A program made the position numbers and the translations under genes. From Dehalococcoidia bacterium (lineage in GTDB: Bacteria > Chloroflexota > Dehalococcoidia > DSTF01 > JACRBR01), in the NCBI GenBank assembly GCA_040902505.1, contig JBBDXE010000008.1:116792-180791 (forward strand): a stretch of DNA of 64,000 nt, written 5' to 3'. Below, in pieces: positions 39,017 to 48,009 of this stretch (position 1 is the first letter of the stretch; every line of letters starts with the position of its first letter). The notes beneath the pieces are model-generated. The model had not been told where the DNA came from and did no database searches. It saw nothing but the letters and a program-made list of their open reading frames with translations.

Positions 39017-40587
39017 AGATGATCGAGAGCACCACGCTGGATCGCTTCCAGTCCGTCGACCCGCGCCTGCTCGATATCGCCGCCACCGACAACGTCGTCG
39101 ACATCGGCTGCGGGACCGGACGTCACGTGCTGGAGCTGGCGAAGGCCCCGGCGAACATCATCGGCGCCGACATCTCGTCCGAGGATCTGCTCAAGGGCCG
39201 CTACCTCATCGAGATCATGCGCCGGCGCCGCGAGGTGCAGGCCCGCGTGCACTGGATGCAGGCCGCCGGCGAACACCTCCCCTTTGCCGACGGCGCGTTC
39301 GACCGCGTCATCTGCACCGAGACGCTGGAGCACGTCGAGGACGATGCGCTCCTCGCGCGCGAGTTGGTGCGCGTGCTCAAGCCCGGCGGCATCCTCGCCA
39401 TCAGCGTCCCCGATGAGTACTCCGAGCGGCTGTTCTGGAAGCTCTCCGTGAACTACCGCACACACGTCGGCGGCCACGTCCGCATCTACAGCCGGCCGAG
39501 GATCGTCCGCCTCATGCGCGAGGCCGGGCTGCGCCCCTACGCCGTCCGCTACCGCCACTCGCTCGAGACCATGTACTGGCTCGGCCATGTCGCCTTCTGG
39601 AGCGAGTGGGGGAAGCAGGGCCCCATCACCAGCGCCTTCCGGAAGCTCCTCGATTCGCCGCGCTTGCGTGAGTCGAAGCTCATGTCCGCCCTCGATGACA
39701 TCGGCAACCGCATCCTCCCCAAGAGCATCGTCGTCTACAGCCGCAAGCCGCTCGACGAGCCGCTCGCGCCCGTGACGCTCGCCGACGAGACGCCGCACGA
39801 GTTCGGCGTGCCGGAGCATCTCGCGCCGGAGGTGGACGCCGAGGCGGCCTTCCGCGAAGCCCTCGTCGCCGCCGGTGAGCTGCCGTCGGCGAACGGCCAC
39901 GGCGCCGCCCGCGAGGCGGAGGAGCCCGACGACCGCACAGCCGTCGAGGTGCGCGCCGTCCCCGCTCCGTTCGAGATCGACCCCAACGCAGGCGGCGCCC
40001 CTGCAGCCTCCGGGCCGCTCGTCCTCCGCGACGAGTTGCGGATCGCCCTCACCCTCGAAGGCGAAGCGCAGAAGCAGCGCCTGGTGGAGATCCTGCGCTC
40101 CTGCCGCTTCCGCTTCATCGGCGAGGTCCAGGAGCTGTCCGGCGAGCAGGCCTCGACGCCCTGGACGCCCGACGGCCGTTCGATGAAGGAGATCGTCGGC
40201 CACATGACCGGCTGGGAACTCTGGGTCGTCACCGCCCTTGAGGAGATCGCCGCGGGCGCCGCCGAGCCCGGCATCATGTCGCTCTCCGGCTACCCCGTCG
40301 GCATCAGCCGCTACGGATCGATCGACGCCTTCAACGCCGCCCGCATGGCCGAGACGCGCGAGCGCATGTGGTCGGCCGTCCTCGCCGACTCCGACGCCAC
40401 GTTCGAGCGCCTACTCGCCGCCGTCGAGCGCGTGCCCGCGTCCTCACTGCGGCAGACGGCGCCCTTCTTCTGGCCCGACCTCGGCGGCACCGTCCCGTGC
40501 GGCGTCTACCTCCTCATGGTCTCCGCCCACCACTACCAGGAAGAGCACCTCCCCGAAGTGCTGAGAGGCCCCGCCGCTGCGCGCTAG
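39013..40587 (+). CDS. SAM-dependent methyltransferase fused to a C-terminal DinB/ClbS-like (DUF1706-type) four-helix-bundle domain
   Basis: The N-terminal half (VVDIGCGTGRH.., FDRVICTETLEHVEDD) is paralogous to the preceding methyltransferase. The C-terminal ~170 aa (..SMKEIVGHMTGWELWVV..HHYQEEHL) is ClbS/DinB-like. ATGA overlap with the upstream methyltransferase gene. Confidence 0.6.
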   Translation: MKMIESTTLDRFQSVDPRLLDIAATDNVVDIGCGTGRHVLELAKAPANIIGADISSEDLLKGRYLIEIMRRRREVQARVHWMQAAGEHLPFADGAFDRVICTETLEHVEDDALLARELVRVLKPGGILAISVPDEYSERLFWKLSVNYRTHVGGHVRIYSRPRIVRLMREAGLRPYAVRYRHSLETMYWLGHVAFWSEWGKQGPITSAFRKLLDSPRLRESKLMSALDDIGNRILPKSIVVYSRKPLDEPLAPVTLADETPHEFGVPEHLAPEVDAEAAFREALVAAGELPSANGHGAAREAEEPDDRTAVEVRAVPAPFEIDPNAGGAPAASGPLVLRDELRIALTLEGEAQKQRLVEILRSCRFRFIGEVQELSGEQASTPWTPDGRSMKEIVGHMTGWELWVVTALEEIAAGAAEPGIMSLSGYPVGISRYGSIDAFNAARMAETRERMWSAVLADSDATFERLLAAVERVPASSLRQTAPFFWPDLGGTVPCGVYLLMVSAHHYQEEHLPEVLRGPAAAR

Positions 40588-40810
40588 TTGTTAGTTCTCA
40601 GTCATCAGTAGCCAGTAGTTCGTGGGACGGGCGCATTGCAGGACTTTCGGAAGCTCGAAGTGTGGCGGAAAGCTCATGAGCTAACCCTGCTCGTGGATCA
40701 GCCGGGTGCTTGCTGACAAAATGACGGCTGAGACACTGACAACTAATGACTGAGGACTGAAGAACTGAGAACTGAAGACTGAAGACTGAGAACTGAAGAC
40801 TCACAACTCC
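40588..40810 (+). repeat. Composite spacer: inverted blocks of ACTGARR heptamers flanking a ~110-bp core
   Basis: The 5' block gttagttctcagtcatcagtag is the reverse-complement orientation of the repeat. The 3' block is gactgaggactgaagaactgagaactgaagactgaagactgagaactgaagact. Confidence 0.6.
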
Positions 40811-42106
40811 ATGAAGCTCGCCTTCATCATGTACCAGGGCAACATGTACTCGGGTGGACAGGGCGTCTACCTGCACTACATCACCCGCGAGCTCGTCCGC
40901 CTCGGCCACGAGGTGCACGTCATCTCCGGACGCCCCTACCCCACCCTCGCCGAGGGCGTCGTCCACCATCGCCTTCACACCTACAGCTTCTGGGCCTTCC
41001 TCAACGGTCGCGACGACCACGCCTACGATCACACCCACAACCCCGCCGAGTTCTTCCACCCCTGGAACTTCTACGAGTTCGCCTCCACCCGCGCCTCCCT
41101 CGCGTCGCTCTTCTTCACCTTCAGCGTCCGCGCCTACCGCAAGCTGGCCGAGCTGGAGGCCGCCGGCGGCCCCTTCGACCTCGTGCACGACAACCAGACC
41201 CTCGGTTACGGCATCCTCGCGATGCGCCAGCTGCGCGGCCGCCCCGTCGTCGCCAGCATCCACCACCCGCTCGCCATCGACCGCGCGAACAACCTCCGCG
41301 AAGCCCGCAGCCTCACCGCCCGCATCACGAAGGAGCTGTGGTTCCCCTGGCGCATGCAGTCCTACGTCGCCAACCGGCTCGACCTCATCCTCACCGGCTC
41401 ACGCAACTCCGCCCACTCCGTCAGCGCCGCCATGGACATCCCCATCGGGCACATTCGCCAGACTCCCTACGGCGTCGACCACGAGGTGATGCGCCCGCTG
41501 CGCGGCGTCCCTCGCGAGCCCGGCACCATCCTCTTCGTCGGCGACTCCGAGGACCGCAACAAGGGCGCGCGCTTCCTCATCGAGGCCTGCGGCCGGCTCG
41601 CGCAGGAGATGGACTTCCGCCTGCTGTTCAAGGACAAGAAGGAGAAGGACATGAAGGTCGTGCCGCCGCTGGTCTGGCAGCACGGCCTCATGCGCAACGT
41701 CGAATACATCGCGCGCGTCTCGACCGATGAGCTGGTGGCGCTGTACAACCGCGCCCAGGTCGTCGTCTCGCCGTCACTCTACGAAGGCTTCGGCCTCCCC
41801 GCCGCCGAGGCCATGGCCTGCGGTACCCCCGTCGTCGCCACCACCGCCGGCGCCTTCCCCGAGTTTATCGAGGACGGCCGCACGGGCATCCTCGTCCCCC
41901 CCGGCGACCCCGCCGCCCTCGCCGCCGCTATCCGCGCGCTCCTCACCGACCCCGAGCGCTGCGAGCGCATGGGGGCCGCCGCCAGCGAGCACATCCGCAC
42001 CAACTTCACCTGGACCCGCACCGCCCACCGCACCCTCGAGGTCTACGACGAAGTCCTCCCCCCGCACCCGCGTGCCACTCGCCCGGTAGTTGGCGGGCGG
42101 CGCTGA
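40811..42106 (+). CDS. Glycosyltransferase family 4 (paralog of 36928..38229)
   Basis: MYQGNMYSGGQGVYLHYITRELVRLGHEVHVI.., nearly identical N-terminal architecture. E-X7-E region present. Confidence 0.8.
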   Translation: MKLAFIMYQGNMYSGGQGVYLHYITRELVRLGHEVHVISGRPYPTLAEGVVHHRLHTYSFWAFLNGRDDHAYDHTHNPAEFFHPWNFYEFASTRASLASLFFTFSVRAYRKLAELEAAGGPFDLVHDNQTLGYGILAMRQLRGRPVVASIHHPLAIDRANNLREARSLTARITKELWFPWRMQSYVANRLDLILTGSRNSAHSVSAAMDIPIGHIRQTPYGVDHEVMRPLRGVPREPGTILFVGDSEDRNKGARFLIEACGRLAQEMDFRLLFKDKKEKDMKVVPPLVWQHGLMRNVEYIARVSTDELVALYNRAQVVVSPSLYEGFGLPAAEAMACGTPVVATTAGAFPEFIEDGRTGILVPPGDPAALAAAIRALLTDPERCERMGAAASEHIRTNFTWTRTAHRTLEVYDEVLPPHPRATRPVVGGRR

Positions 42107-42140
42107 CCGCTGACGGACTGACAGGCTGACAGACTGACGA
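42102..42140 (+). repeat. Short-period tandem repeat (CTGACNG)n, 3' of the second GT4 gene
   Basis: cgctgaccgctgacggactgacaggctgacagactgacg. Confidence 0.7.
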
Positions 42141-42141
42141 A

Positions 42142-42669
42142 CTAATCGACGTCCGACCACTCGTCCGGCGTGAGATCGAGCGGCCGCTGCTCCGGCTCCG
42201 CGTCGTCGGCCGGCGCCTCATCCTCCGGCAGCACATCTTCATCCGCCGGAGCGGCATCGTCCGGCGGCGGCTGAAGCAGCTCGACAAGCTGAATGCTCAA
42301 CCCGTGCGTCGACGCCATCGCCACGAACGCCGACCGCACCCCCGGCTCCGCCTCCACCGGCTCGCTGACCGCGACTCCCTGCGCCGACAGCTCCGCCACC
42401 GCGGCATCCAGGTCGTCGACCTCCAGCGCCACGTTGTAGAACCCCTCGCCGCGGCGCTGCAGGAAGCGCGTCAGCGGATTATCCGCGCCCTCCGGCGAGG
42501 CCAGCCGCAGCGCCCCGTCGCCCAGCGCCACGTCCGCCGTCCGCACGCCGAACGCCGGCAGCGGCGCCGGATCGCCCCCCGCCGTCCCGAACAGCCGCCC
42601 GAACGTCGCCCGCGCCTCATCGACGTCACCCACCGCGACCGTCACGTTGTGAATGCGAAGAATGCGCAT
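42142..42669 (-). CDS. VOC (glyoxalase/bleomycin-resistance fold) family protein with an acidic C-terminal tail
   Basis: Two beta-alpha-beta-beta-beta modules (..IHNVTVAVGDVDEA.. and ..FYNVALEVDDLDAAV..). The last ~50 aa are Asp/Glu/Pro-rich. Confidence 0.6.
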   Translation of the reverse strand: MRILRIHNVTVAVGDVDEARATFGRLFGTAGGDPAPLPAFGVRTADVALGDGALRLASPEGADNPLTRFLQRRGEGFYNVALEVDDLDAAVAELSAQGVAVSEPVEAEPGVRSAFVAMASTHGLSIQLVELLQPPPDDAAPADEDVLPEDEAPADDAEPEQRPLDLTPDEWSDVD

Positions 42670-42807
42670 GTCAGCGCAGATCGTAGCTCATCACGCGTCT
42701 GAGCGGCCTCTGCGCGAAGCCCACATCATCCAGTCTCGGCCACCCTCTCCACAGTGTGGAGAGGGCAGGGGTGAGGTCGAGTTCTGCGCCACACGCGGGA
42801 AGGTGAC

Positions 42808-42833
42808 TCCATCCTCCACCCTCCACCCTCCAG
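42808..42833 (+). repeat. Tandem heptamer (CCTCCAC)3 next to a 10-bp-stem hairpin (cctctccaca/tgtggagagg at 42741-42761)
   Basis: Sequence tccatcctccaccctccaccctccag. The reverse-complement version (CTGGAGG)n occurs at 50274-50296. Confidence 0.6.
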
Positions 42834-42842
42834 TTCGCCCCG

Positions 42843-44126
42843 TCAAGGGGTAGTCTCCCTGCACACCCCGGCCCGGTCGTCCGCGTTGCCCCGGGCGCTG
42901 TTCCCCGACGTGATCACGTTGCCCGCCTGGAAGATGCAGATGGCCGATCCTCTGTTGTCGAAGATCTCGTTGTTCTCGATGCGCCCCAGCGACGTGTTCA
43001 CGTACGACACGCCGATCCCGCGGTTTCGGTAGATCCGCGAGTTCGTGAGGTTCAGGTTCGCCCCCTGCGCCAGCACCCCGCCCCCCAGCGTCCCCGTGTC
43101 TGGCAGCACCACGCTGTCGTGGATGTCGTTGTTGTTGAGGCTTCCGGACGCCCGGATGCGCTCGCCGCTCCGCACCTGCGGATACTTCGTCGGGTCGGGG
43201 AACGCCCGGAACTCGATCGCGTGCTCCTCGTTTCCGTCGTACTCGTCCGCCTCCGACGTCACGCTCGCCCCCCACACGAACAACCCCGTGAGCACGTTTC
43301 GCCAGATGTGGTTGTTCCGGAACGTCCCCCGCGTCCCCGGGAACATCACGATGCCCGTGCTGCCGCTGCTCTGGATCACGTTCCCGTCGAGGATGATGTT
43401 CGCGTCCCCGACGAACCCGCGCAGGTTCGAGAGATAGCACTCCGGGATCTCCACCACCGCCGGCGGCAGCAGCGCGCACGGCGTCTGCCCCGCGAACACC
43501 CCCGGCCCCCGGTTGTGTGAGATGATGTTCCGCACGATCGTCGTCGTCGCCGTCTGCCCCACCGTCGATACCCCCACCCCGCCATTGTCGATGATCCAGT
43601 TCCGCTCGACCGTCGCGTTCGATTCGCGCCGCACCAGCACGCCGTCGCCGCTCATCGCGTACACGAACGAATCGCTGACCCGCCCGATGCTCCCCACGTC
43701 GAAGTGGATCCCCACGACCCCGCCCCCGGCGTCGATCCGCGCGAAGTTGATGTTCTGGCTCCGCCAGACGTAGGCGTTCGTCGGGTTCCCGAGATACAGC
43801 GTGAAGTCCTCGAACACGAGGTCGCGGCTGTTGAAGACCAGCAGCCCGTCCTTCGCCCCGCCCACGATCACCGTCGCCTTCGGCCCCAGCCCCCGCAGCG
43901 TCACGCCGGTCTTCGAATCGAAGGCCACCGGCCCGAGGTACACGCCCGCCGTCATGCAGATCACGTCGCCCCGGCCCGCCCGGTCGATGAGCGCCTGCAG
44001 CGTGTCCGGCCGCGCCAGCGTCGTGCACGCCTCCTGCCCCGCCGCGCGCGGCGCAACACCGGCCCCTCCGCCGGCGAGTAGCGCGATCAGGAAGACGATC
44101 GGGACAACAGGCCGCATCCGCCGCAT
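42843..44126 (-). CDS. Secreted right-handed parallel beta-helix (pectate-lyase/NosD-like PbH1 repeat) protein
   Basis: Signal peptide MRRMRPVVPIVFLIALLAGGGAGVA. Repeated ..NN.I..N..G.. beta-helix rungs. Start at 44126 with a GGAGG RBS. The 556-aa upstream extension is rejected. Confidence 0.6.
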   Translation of the reverse strand: MRRMRPVVPIVFLIALLAGGGAGVAPRAAGQEACTTLARPDTLQALIDRAGRGDVICMTAGVYLGPVAFDSKTGVTLRGLGPKATVIVGGAKDGLLVFNSRDLVFEDFTLYLGNPTNAYVWRSQNINFARIDAGGGVVGIHFDVGSIGRVSDSFVYAMSGDGVLVRRESNATVERNWIIDNGGVGVSTVGQTATTTIVRNIISHNRGPGVFAGQTPCALLPPAVVEIPECYLSNLRGFVGDANIILDGNVIQSSGSTGIVMFPGTRGTFRNNHIWRNVLTGLFVWGASVTSEADEYDGNEEHAIEFRAFPDPTKYPQVRSGERIRASGSLNNNDIHDSVVLPDTGTLGGGVLAQGANLNLTNSRIYRNRGIGVSYVNTSLGRIENNEIFDNRGSAICIFQAGNVITSGNSARGNADDRAGVCRETTP

Positions 44127-44247
44127 CACCCCACCTCCAGAATCAGCCCCGCTACGCCCATAGTACCCGGTCGGTATTAGAGATTTGAAGCTGCCTCTCA
44201 CGATAACATTCACGTAACTTAATGGCGCTAGGAGGGTGTGAGTCTGC

Positions 44248-45333
44248 ATGTCCCTGCCAAGACGGGAGACCATGGGAAACGTCCTAGTGATCCTGGGAGC
44301 CGGCGCCTCATACGATTGTGTGTGGAGGAGCGAGGTTGGAATCGACAAGAAATGGCGGCCACCGCTCGCGGACCAGCTGTTCTCGGACGAGTACCTAGAG
44401 ACGCGCCGGAAGTACGCAAGCGTTGCGAGCTTGGCCCAGCAACTCAATGCGGAACTCCGGCTGCCAGGAAGGGACGAGAACTTCGAGGTGCTGCTCGCGC
44501 GGTTGGCGGCCAACCCAACTCGCCAGCGGCGAATGCAGTTTCGGGAAGTTCCTGCTTACCTGCGCGATCTCCTAGGTCACGTCAGCCGAGCGTACACGAC
44601 AGAAGCACCGAGTTGTTATACCCGTCTGTTCGGCCAACTACTGGACGCTGGCGTTGGCAAGGTCGCCTTTGTGACGCTCAACTACGACACCTTGCTTGAG
44701 CGAGCAATCGCAGAGGCAGACGGCGAGCCGTTCTCCATGGACTGGTACACGCAGCATGATGAGTGGATGGTCATCAAGTTGCACGGTTCAGTGAACTGGG
44801 GCCGAAGGATCGTGCAGTATCCCAAGGAAATCAGGTGGGGGCCGGGAATGAGAAATGTCTCTGCCGGGCCCGACGTTTACCTGGAGCTGCTCAGGAATAT
44901 TGACGACTTAGAGGAATGCACAAGCGATGTCGTCGAGATCATGCTGGGCAACCCCGAGACGAACTGGATGAGGAATGAGCCATACTATCCGGTACTAGCG
45001 GTCCCAGTCGAGAACAAGCTCCAACCTGTATGCCCACAGGCTCACTTGGAGGCGCTAGGGAGCTTCCTCCCGCTCTGTACTGATGTGCTTGCGATTGGCG
45101 TCAGTTGGCGAGACAAGGATCTGATCGACATCTTGAACGAAGGACTACCTGACAATGCGAACTTTCTCTACGTCGGGTGGGACGACGAGTACGAGGAGTG
45201 TCTCGATCGCTTCCGGGCTGCAGTTCCTCATGTTCCGGCCGCGCGTCCGACAGACTTTTCCCCGGCGAACGGGTTTAGCGACTTCATCGAAGGAGGAGCG
45301 CTCGCCAAATTCATCTCAAGGGCGAGAAGCTAG
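44248..45333 (+). CDS. SIR2_2-family (SIR2-like NAD-binding) protein encoded in a lower-GC islet
   Basis: Contains the ordered motifs VLVILGAGAS, FVTLNYDTLLE and IKLHGSVNW, which define the SIR2_2 (DUF4020-like / ThsA-type) NADase fold. Local GC is visibly lower than in flanking genes. An alternative start is M9 (44272). Confidence 0.65.
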   Translation: MSLPRRETMGNVLVILGAGASYDCVWRSEVGIDKKWRPPLADQLFSDEYLETRRKYASVASLAQQLNAELRLPGRDENFEVLLARLAANPTRQRRMQFREVPAYLRDLLGHVSRAYTTEAPSCYTRLFGQLLDAGVGKVAFVTLNYDTLLERAIAEADGEPFSMDWYTQHDEWMVIKLHGSVNWGRRIVQYPKEIRWGPGMRNVSAGPDVYLELLRNIDDLEECTSDVVEIMLGNPETNWMRNEPYYPVLAVPVENKLQPVCPQAHLEALGSFLPLCTDVLAIGVSWRDKDLIDILNEGLPDNANFLYVGWDDEYEECLDRFRAAVPHVPAARPTDFSPANGFSDFIEGGALAKFISRARS

Positions 45334-45342
45334 TTCAGCCAG

Positions 45343-47046
45343 CTAACCCGGCGCCAGCAACTGCTTCGCCGCATCCGCCACGCCCTCCAGCCCCACGATG
45401 CGCGCATCCTTCTCCGTCCGCTGCTTCACCTCCGCCCCGCCCCCCTCGATGCTCCGCGGGCTCACCGTCACCCGTACTGGCATCCCCAGCAGGTCGGCGT
45501 CGTTGAACTTCACCCCCGCAGAGCCCTCCTCGCGATCGTCGTACAGCACGTCCAGCCCCGCGTCCTGCAGCTGCTGATACACCTGCTCCGCGCTCTCCCG
45601 CACGCCCGGCTTGTCCAGCCCAAGCCCCACGAGGTACACGTGGTACGGCGCCAGCTCCGGCGGCCAGATGATCCCTCGCTCGTCGTGGTTCGCCTCGATC
45701 GCCCCCGCGAACACCCGCCCCACGCCGATGCCGTAGCACCCCATGATGGCCGGCTTTAGCTCCCCCGCCTCGTCCGCGAACGTCGCGTTCAGCCGCTCCG
45801 TGTACATCGTCCCCAGCTTGAAGACGTGCCCCATCTCCACGCCGCGCTTCGTCTCCAGCGTCCCCCCGCAGCGCACGCACGTCGACCTGTCCTGCGCCAG
45901 CGAGATGTCCGTGACGATCTCCGCCGTCCAGTCGCGGCCGTAGTTCACGTTCTTGTAGTGCACGTCCGGCTTGTTCGCCCCGGCGACCAGGTTGTGCGCC
46001 GCCGGCACCGAATCGTCCGCCACCACCCGCACCCCCGTCAGCCCCACTGGCGACGCCGACCCCGCCACCAGCCCGTGTTTCCGCACGCCCGCCTCGTCGA
46101 GCAGCTCCAGCTCCACCGCCCCCAGGGCGTTGCGCAGCTTCGTCTCGTTGACCTCCAGGTCGCCGCGGATGGCGACGAACACCGGCTGGCCGTCCGCCTC
46201 GTAGAACACCGCCTTCAGCGTGTGGTCGTGGGGCACACCCAGGAATGCCACCAGCTGGTCGATCGTCTTCTGCCCCGGCGTCGAGACCTCCTCGAGCGGG
46301 CGGGGGTCGTCTGGCGGCAGCTCGTGCTTCTTGTGGTCCGCCTTCTCAGCGTTGGCGCCGTACCCGCAGCGGTTGCAGAGCAGGACGGTGTCCTCGCCCG
46401 ATTCCGTCAGGAAGACGAACTCCTCGCTCTCCTTCCCGCCGATCGCGCCGGAGTCGGCGAGGACGGTGATCGCCGGGACGGCGCAGCGCTCGAAGATCCG
46501 CACGTACGCGTCGCGCGCCGCCTGATAGTTCTCGTCCAGCCCCTCCCACGCCGTATCGAAGCTGTACGCGTCCTTCATCGTGAATTCGCGCACCCGCATC
46601 AGGCCGCCGCGAGGCCGCGCCTCGTCCCGGAACTTCGTCTGGATCTGGTAGACCATCAGCGGCATGTCGCGGTAGCTCTGCACCTGCCGCTTGAACAGGT
46701 CCACCACCACCTCCTCGTGCGTCGGGCCGAGCACGAAGTCCCGGTCGCGCCGGTCCTTGAGCTTCACCAGCACGTCGCCCATCGTCCGCATGCGGCCTGA
46801 GTCTTCCCACATCTCGGCTGGCTGCAACGCCGGCATCACCACTTCCTGCCCCCCCGCCCGGTCCATCTCCTCCCGGATGATCTGCTCGATCTTGCGCATC
46901 ACCCGCCAGCCCACCGGCAGGTAGCTGTAAATGCCGGCCGCCAGTTGCTGCACCAGCCCCGCCCGCAGCATCAGCTGGTGGTTCGCCGACTCCGCCTCGG
47001 CCGGCGCCTGCCGCAGCGTCTTGCCGAACAGCTTCGAGATGCGCAT
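45343..47046 (-). CDS. proS: Proline--tRNA ligase (bacterial type, with editing domain)
   Basis: 567 aa. Class II motifs and the N-terminal MRISKLFGKTLRQAP.. are typical of ProS. Confidence 0.9.
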   Translation of the reverse strand: MRISKLFGKTLRQAPAEAESANHQLMLRAGLVQQLAAGIYSYLPVGWRVMRKIEQIIREEMDRAGGQEVVMPALQPAEMWEDSGRMRTMGDVLVKLKDRRDRDFVLGPTHEEVVVDLFKRQVQSYRDMPLMVYQIQTKFRDEARPRGGLMRVREFTMKDAYSFDTAWEGLDENYQAARDAYVRIFERCAVPAITVLADSGAIGGKESEEFVFLTESGEDTVLLCNRCGYGANAEKADHKKHELPPDDPRPLEEVSTPGQKTIDQLVAFLGVPHDHTLKAVFYEADGQPVFVAIRGDLEVNETKLRNALGAVELELLDEAGVRKHGLVAGSASPVGLTGVRVVADDSVPAAHNLVAGANKPDVHYKNVNYGRDWTAEIVTDISLAQDRSTCVRCGGTLETKRGVEMGHVFKLGTMYTERLNATFADEAGELKPAIMGCYGIGVGRVFAGAIEANHDERGIIWPPELAPYHVYLVGLGLDKPGVRESAEQVYQQLQDAGLDVLYDDREEGSAGVKFNDADLLGMPVRVTVSPRSIEGGGAEVKQRTEKDARIVGLEGVADAAKQLLAPG

Positions 47047-47153
47047 CGAGATCCTGTACCTGCGGAGCTTCAGCTCAGCCTCGACTTCTGATTCTTGGTG
47101 CGTAGCTTAGCAAACGTCAGCGCGCCGGCCGTCGTCGCGTACACTGGTGCGCC

Positions 47154-47948
47154 ATGAGCGATCCCGCGGCCGCACGCTCCACCGTCGACGTGTCCGGCGT
47201 CGTGCCGGAGGCGCGTCACATCGTCCAGCGGGTCGCGGAGATCTACCTGCGCCACCTGGATGCGTCGTTCATTGGCATGGAAGCCCTGGGCTCCGCCGTG
47301 ACCGGCGACTTCATCCCCGGTTGCAGCGACGTCGACATTCACATGTATGCCGACGATGCCGCGTTCGTGGAGCCATGGCGCCTTCCGTTCGAGATGACCG
47401 TCGCGATTCACCGCGAACTGTCCGCGATCGATGTGGCGCCCTTCGGCTACGTCCAGTGCTACGTGCTGCCGGCGCGGCTGCTGGAAGGCTGGAACGGCCC
47501 CATCCCCGGCGCCTGGCACCTCGTCGCGGGCCGCGCGCCGCTCGCCGAGGCGACCGCCGGAGAGCTGCGCGACGCCGCGCACCGTTCACTCGCCGAGCTG
47601 CGTCCGGTGCCCCGGTTCCTCGAGAACGCCCTGCTGGACTACGGTGATGTGCGGCTGCCCCGCCTCGCCCGCCTGATCTGCACGAACGACGTCTGGCCGC
47701 ACCTGCGTCACCTGCGCATCGCCCGTGGCATGGACCCGATCGCCGCCTGGAACCAGCCGAAGCTGGCGGCCGTCGAGAGCCTCCCCGCTGACTCCCCGGC
47801 CGGTCAGGCTGCTCGCGCCTTCGTGGAAGCTCTCCACGCGTACTACCCGGAGCGGACATCCACCGATGCCGCCCTCGCCCTGCTCGAACGGGGCGTCGCG
47901 TTCCTGCACGCGGTCAAGGAAGAGTACGCCCGCCTGACCGAGACGTAA
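47154..47948 (+). CDS. Nucleotidyltransferase-domain protein (aminoglycoside adenylyltransferase-like)
   Basis: GS..TGDF.PG.SDVDIHMY matches the minimal NTase motif G[SG]x9-13Dx[DE]. Confidence 0.55.
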   Translation: MSDPAAARSTVDVSGVVPEARHIVQRVAEIYLRHLDASFIGMEALGSAVTGDFIPGCSDVDIHMYADDAAFVEPWRLPFEMTVAIHRELSAIDVAPFGYVQCYVLPARLLEGWNGPIPGAWHLVAGRAPLAEATAGELRDAAHRSLAELRPVPRFLENALLDYGDVRLPRLARLICTNDVWPHLRHLRIARGMDPIAAWNQPKLAAVESLPADSPAGQAARAFVEALHAYYPERTSTDAALALLERGVAFLHAVKEEYARLTET

Positions 47949-48009
47949 CGAAAGGCCCGTCTTGCGACAGGCCTTCGGTTGTCCGATCGTCCGGTATGGT
48001 CTCGCCGGT

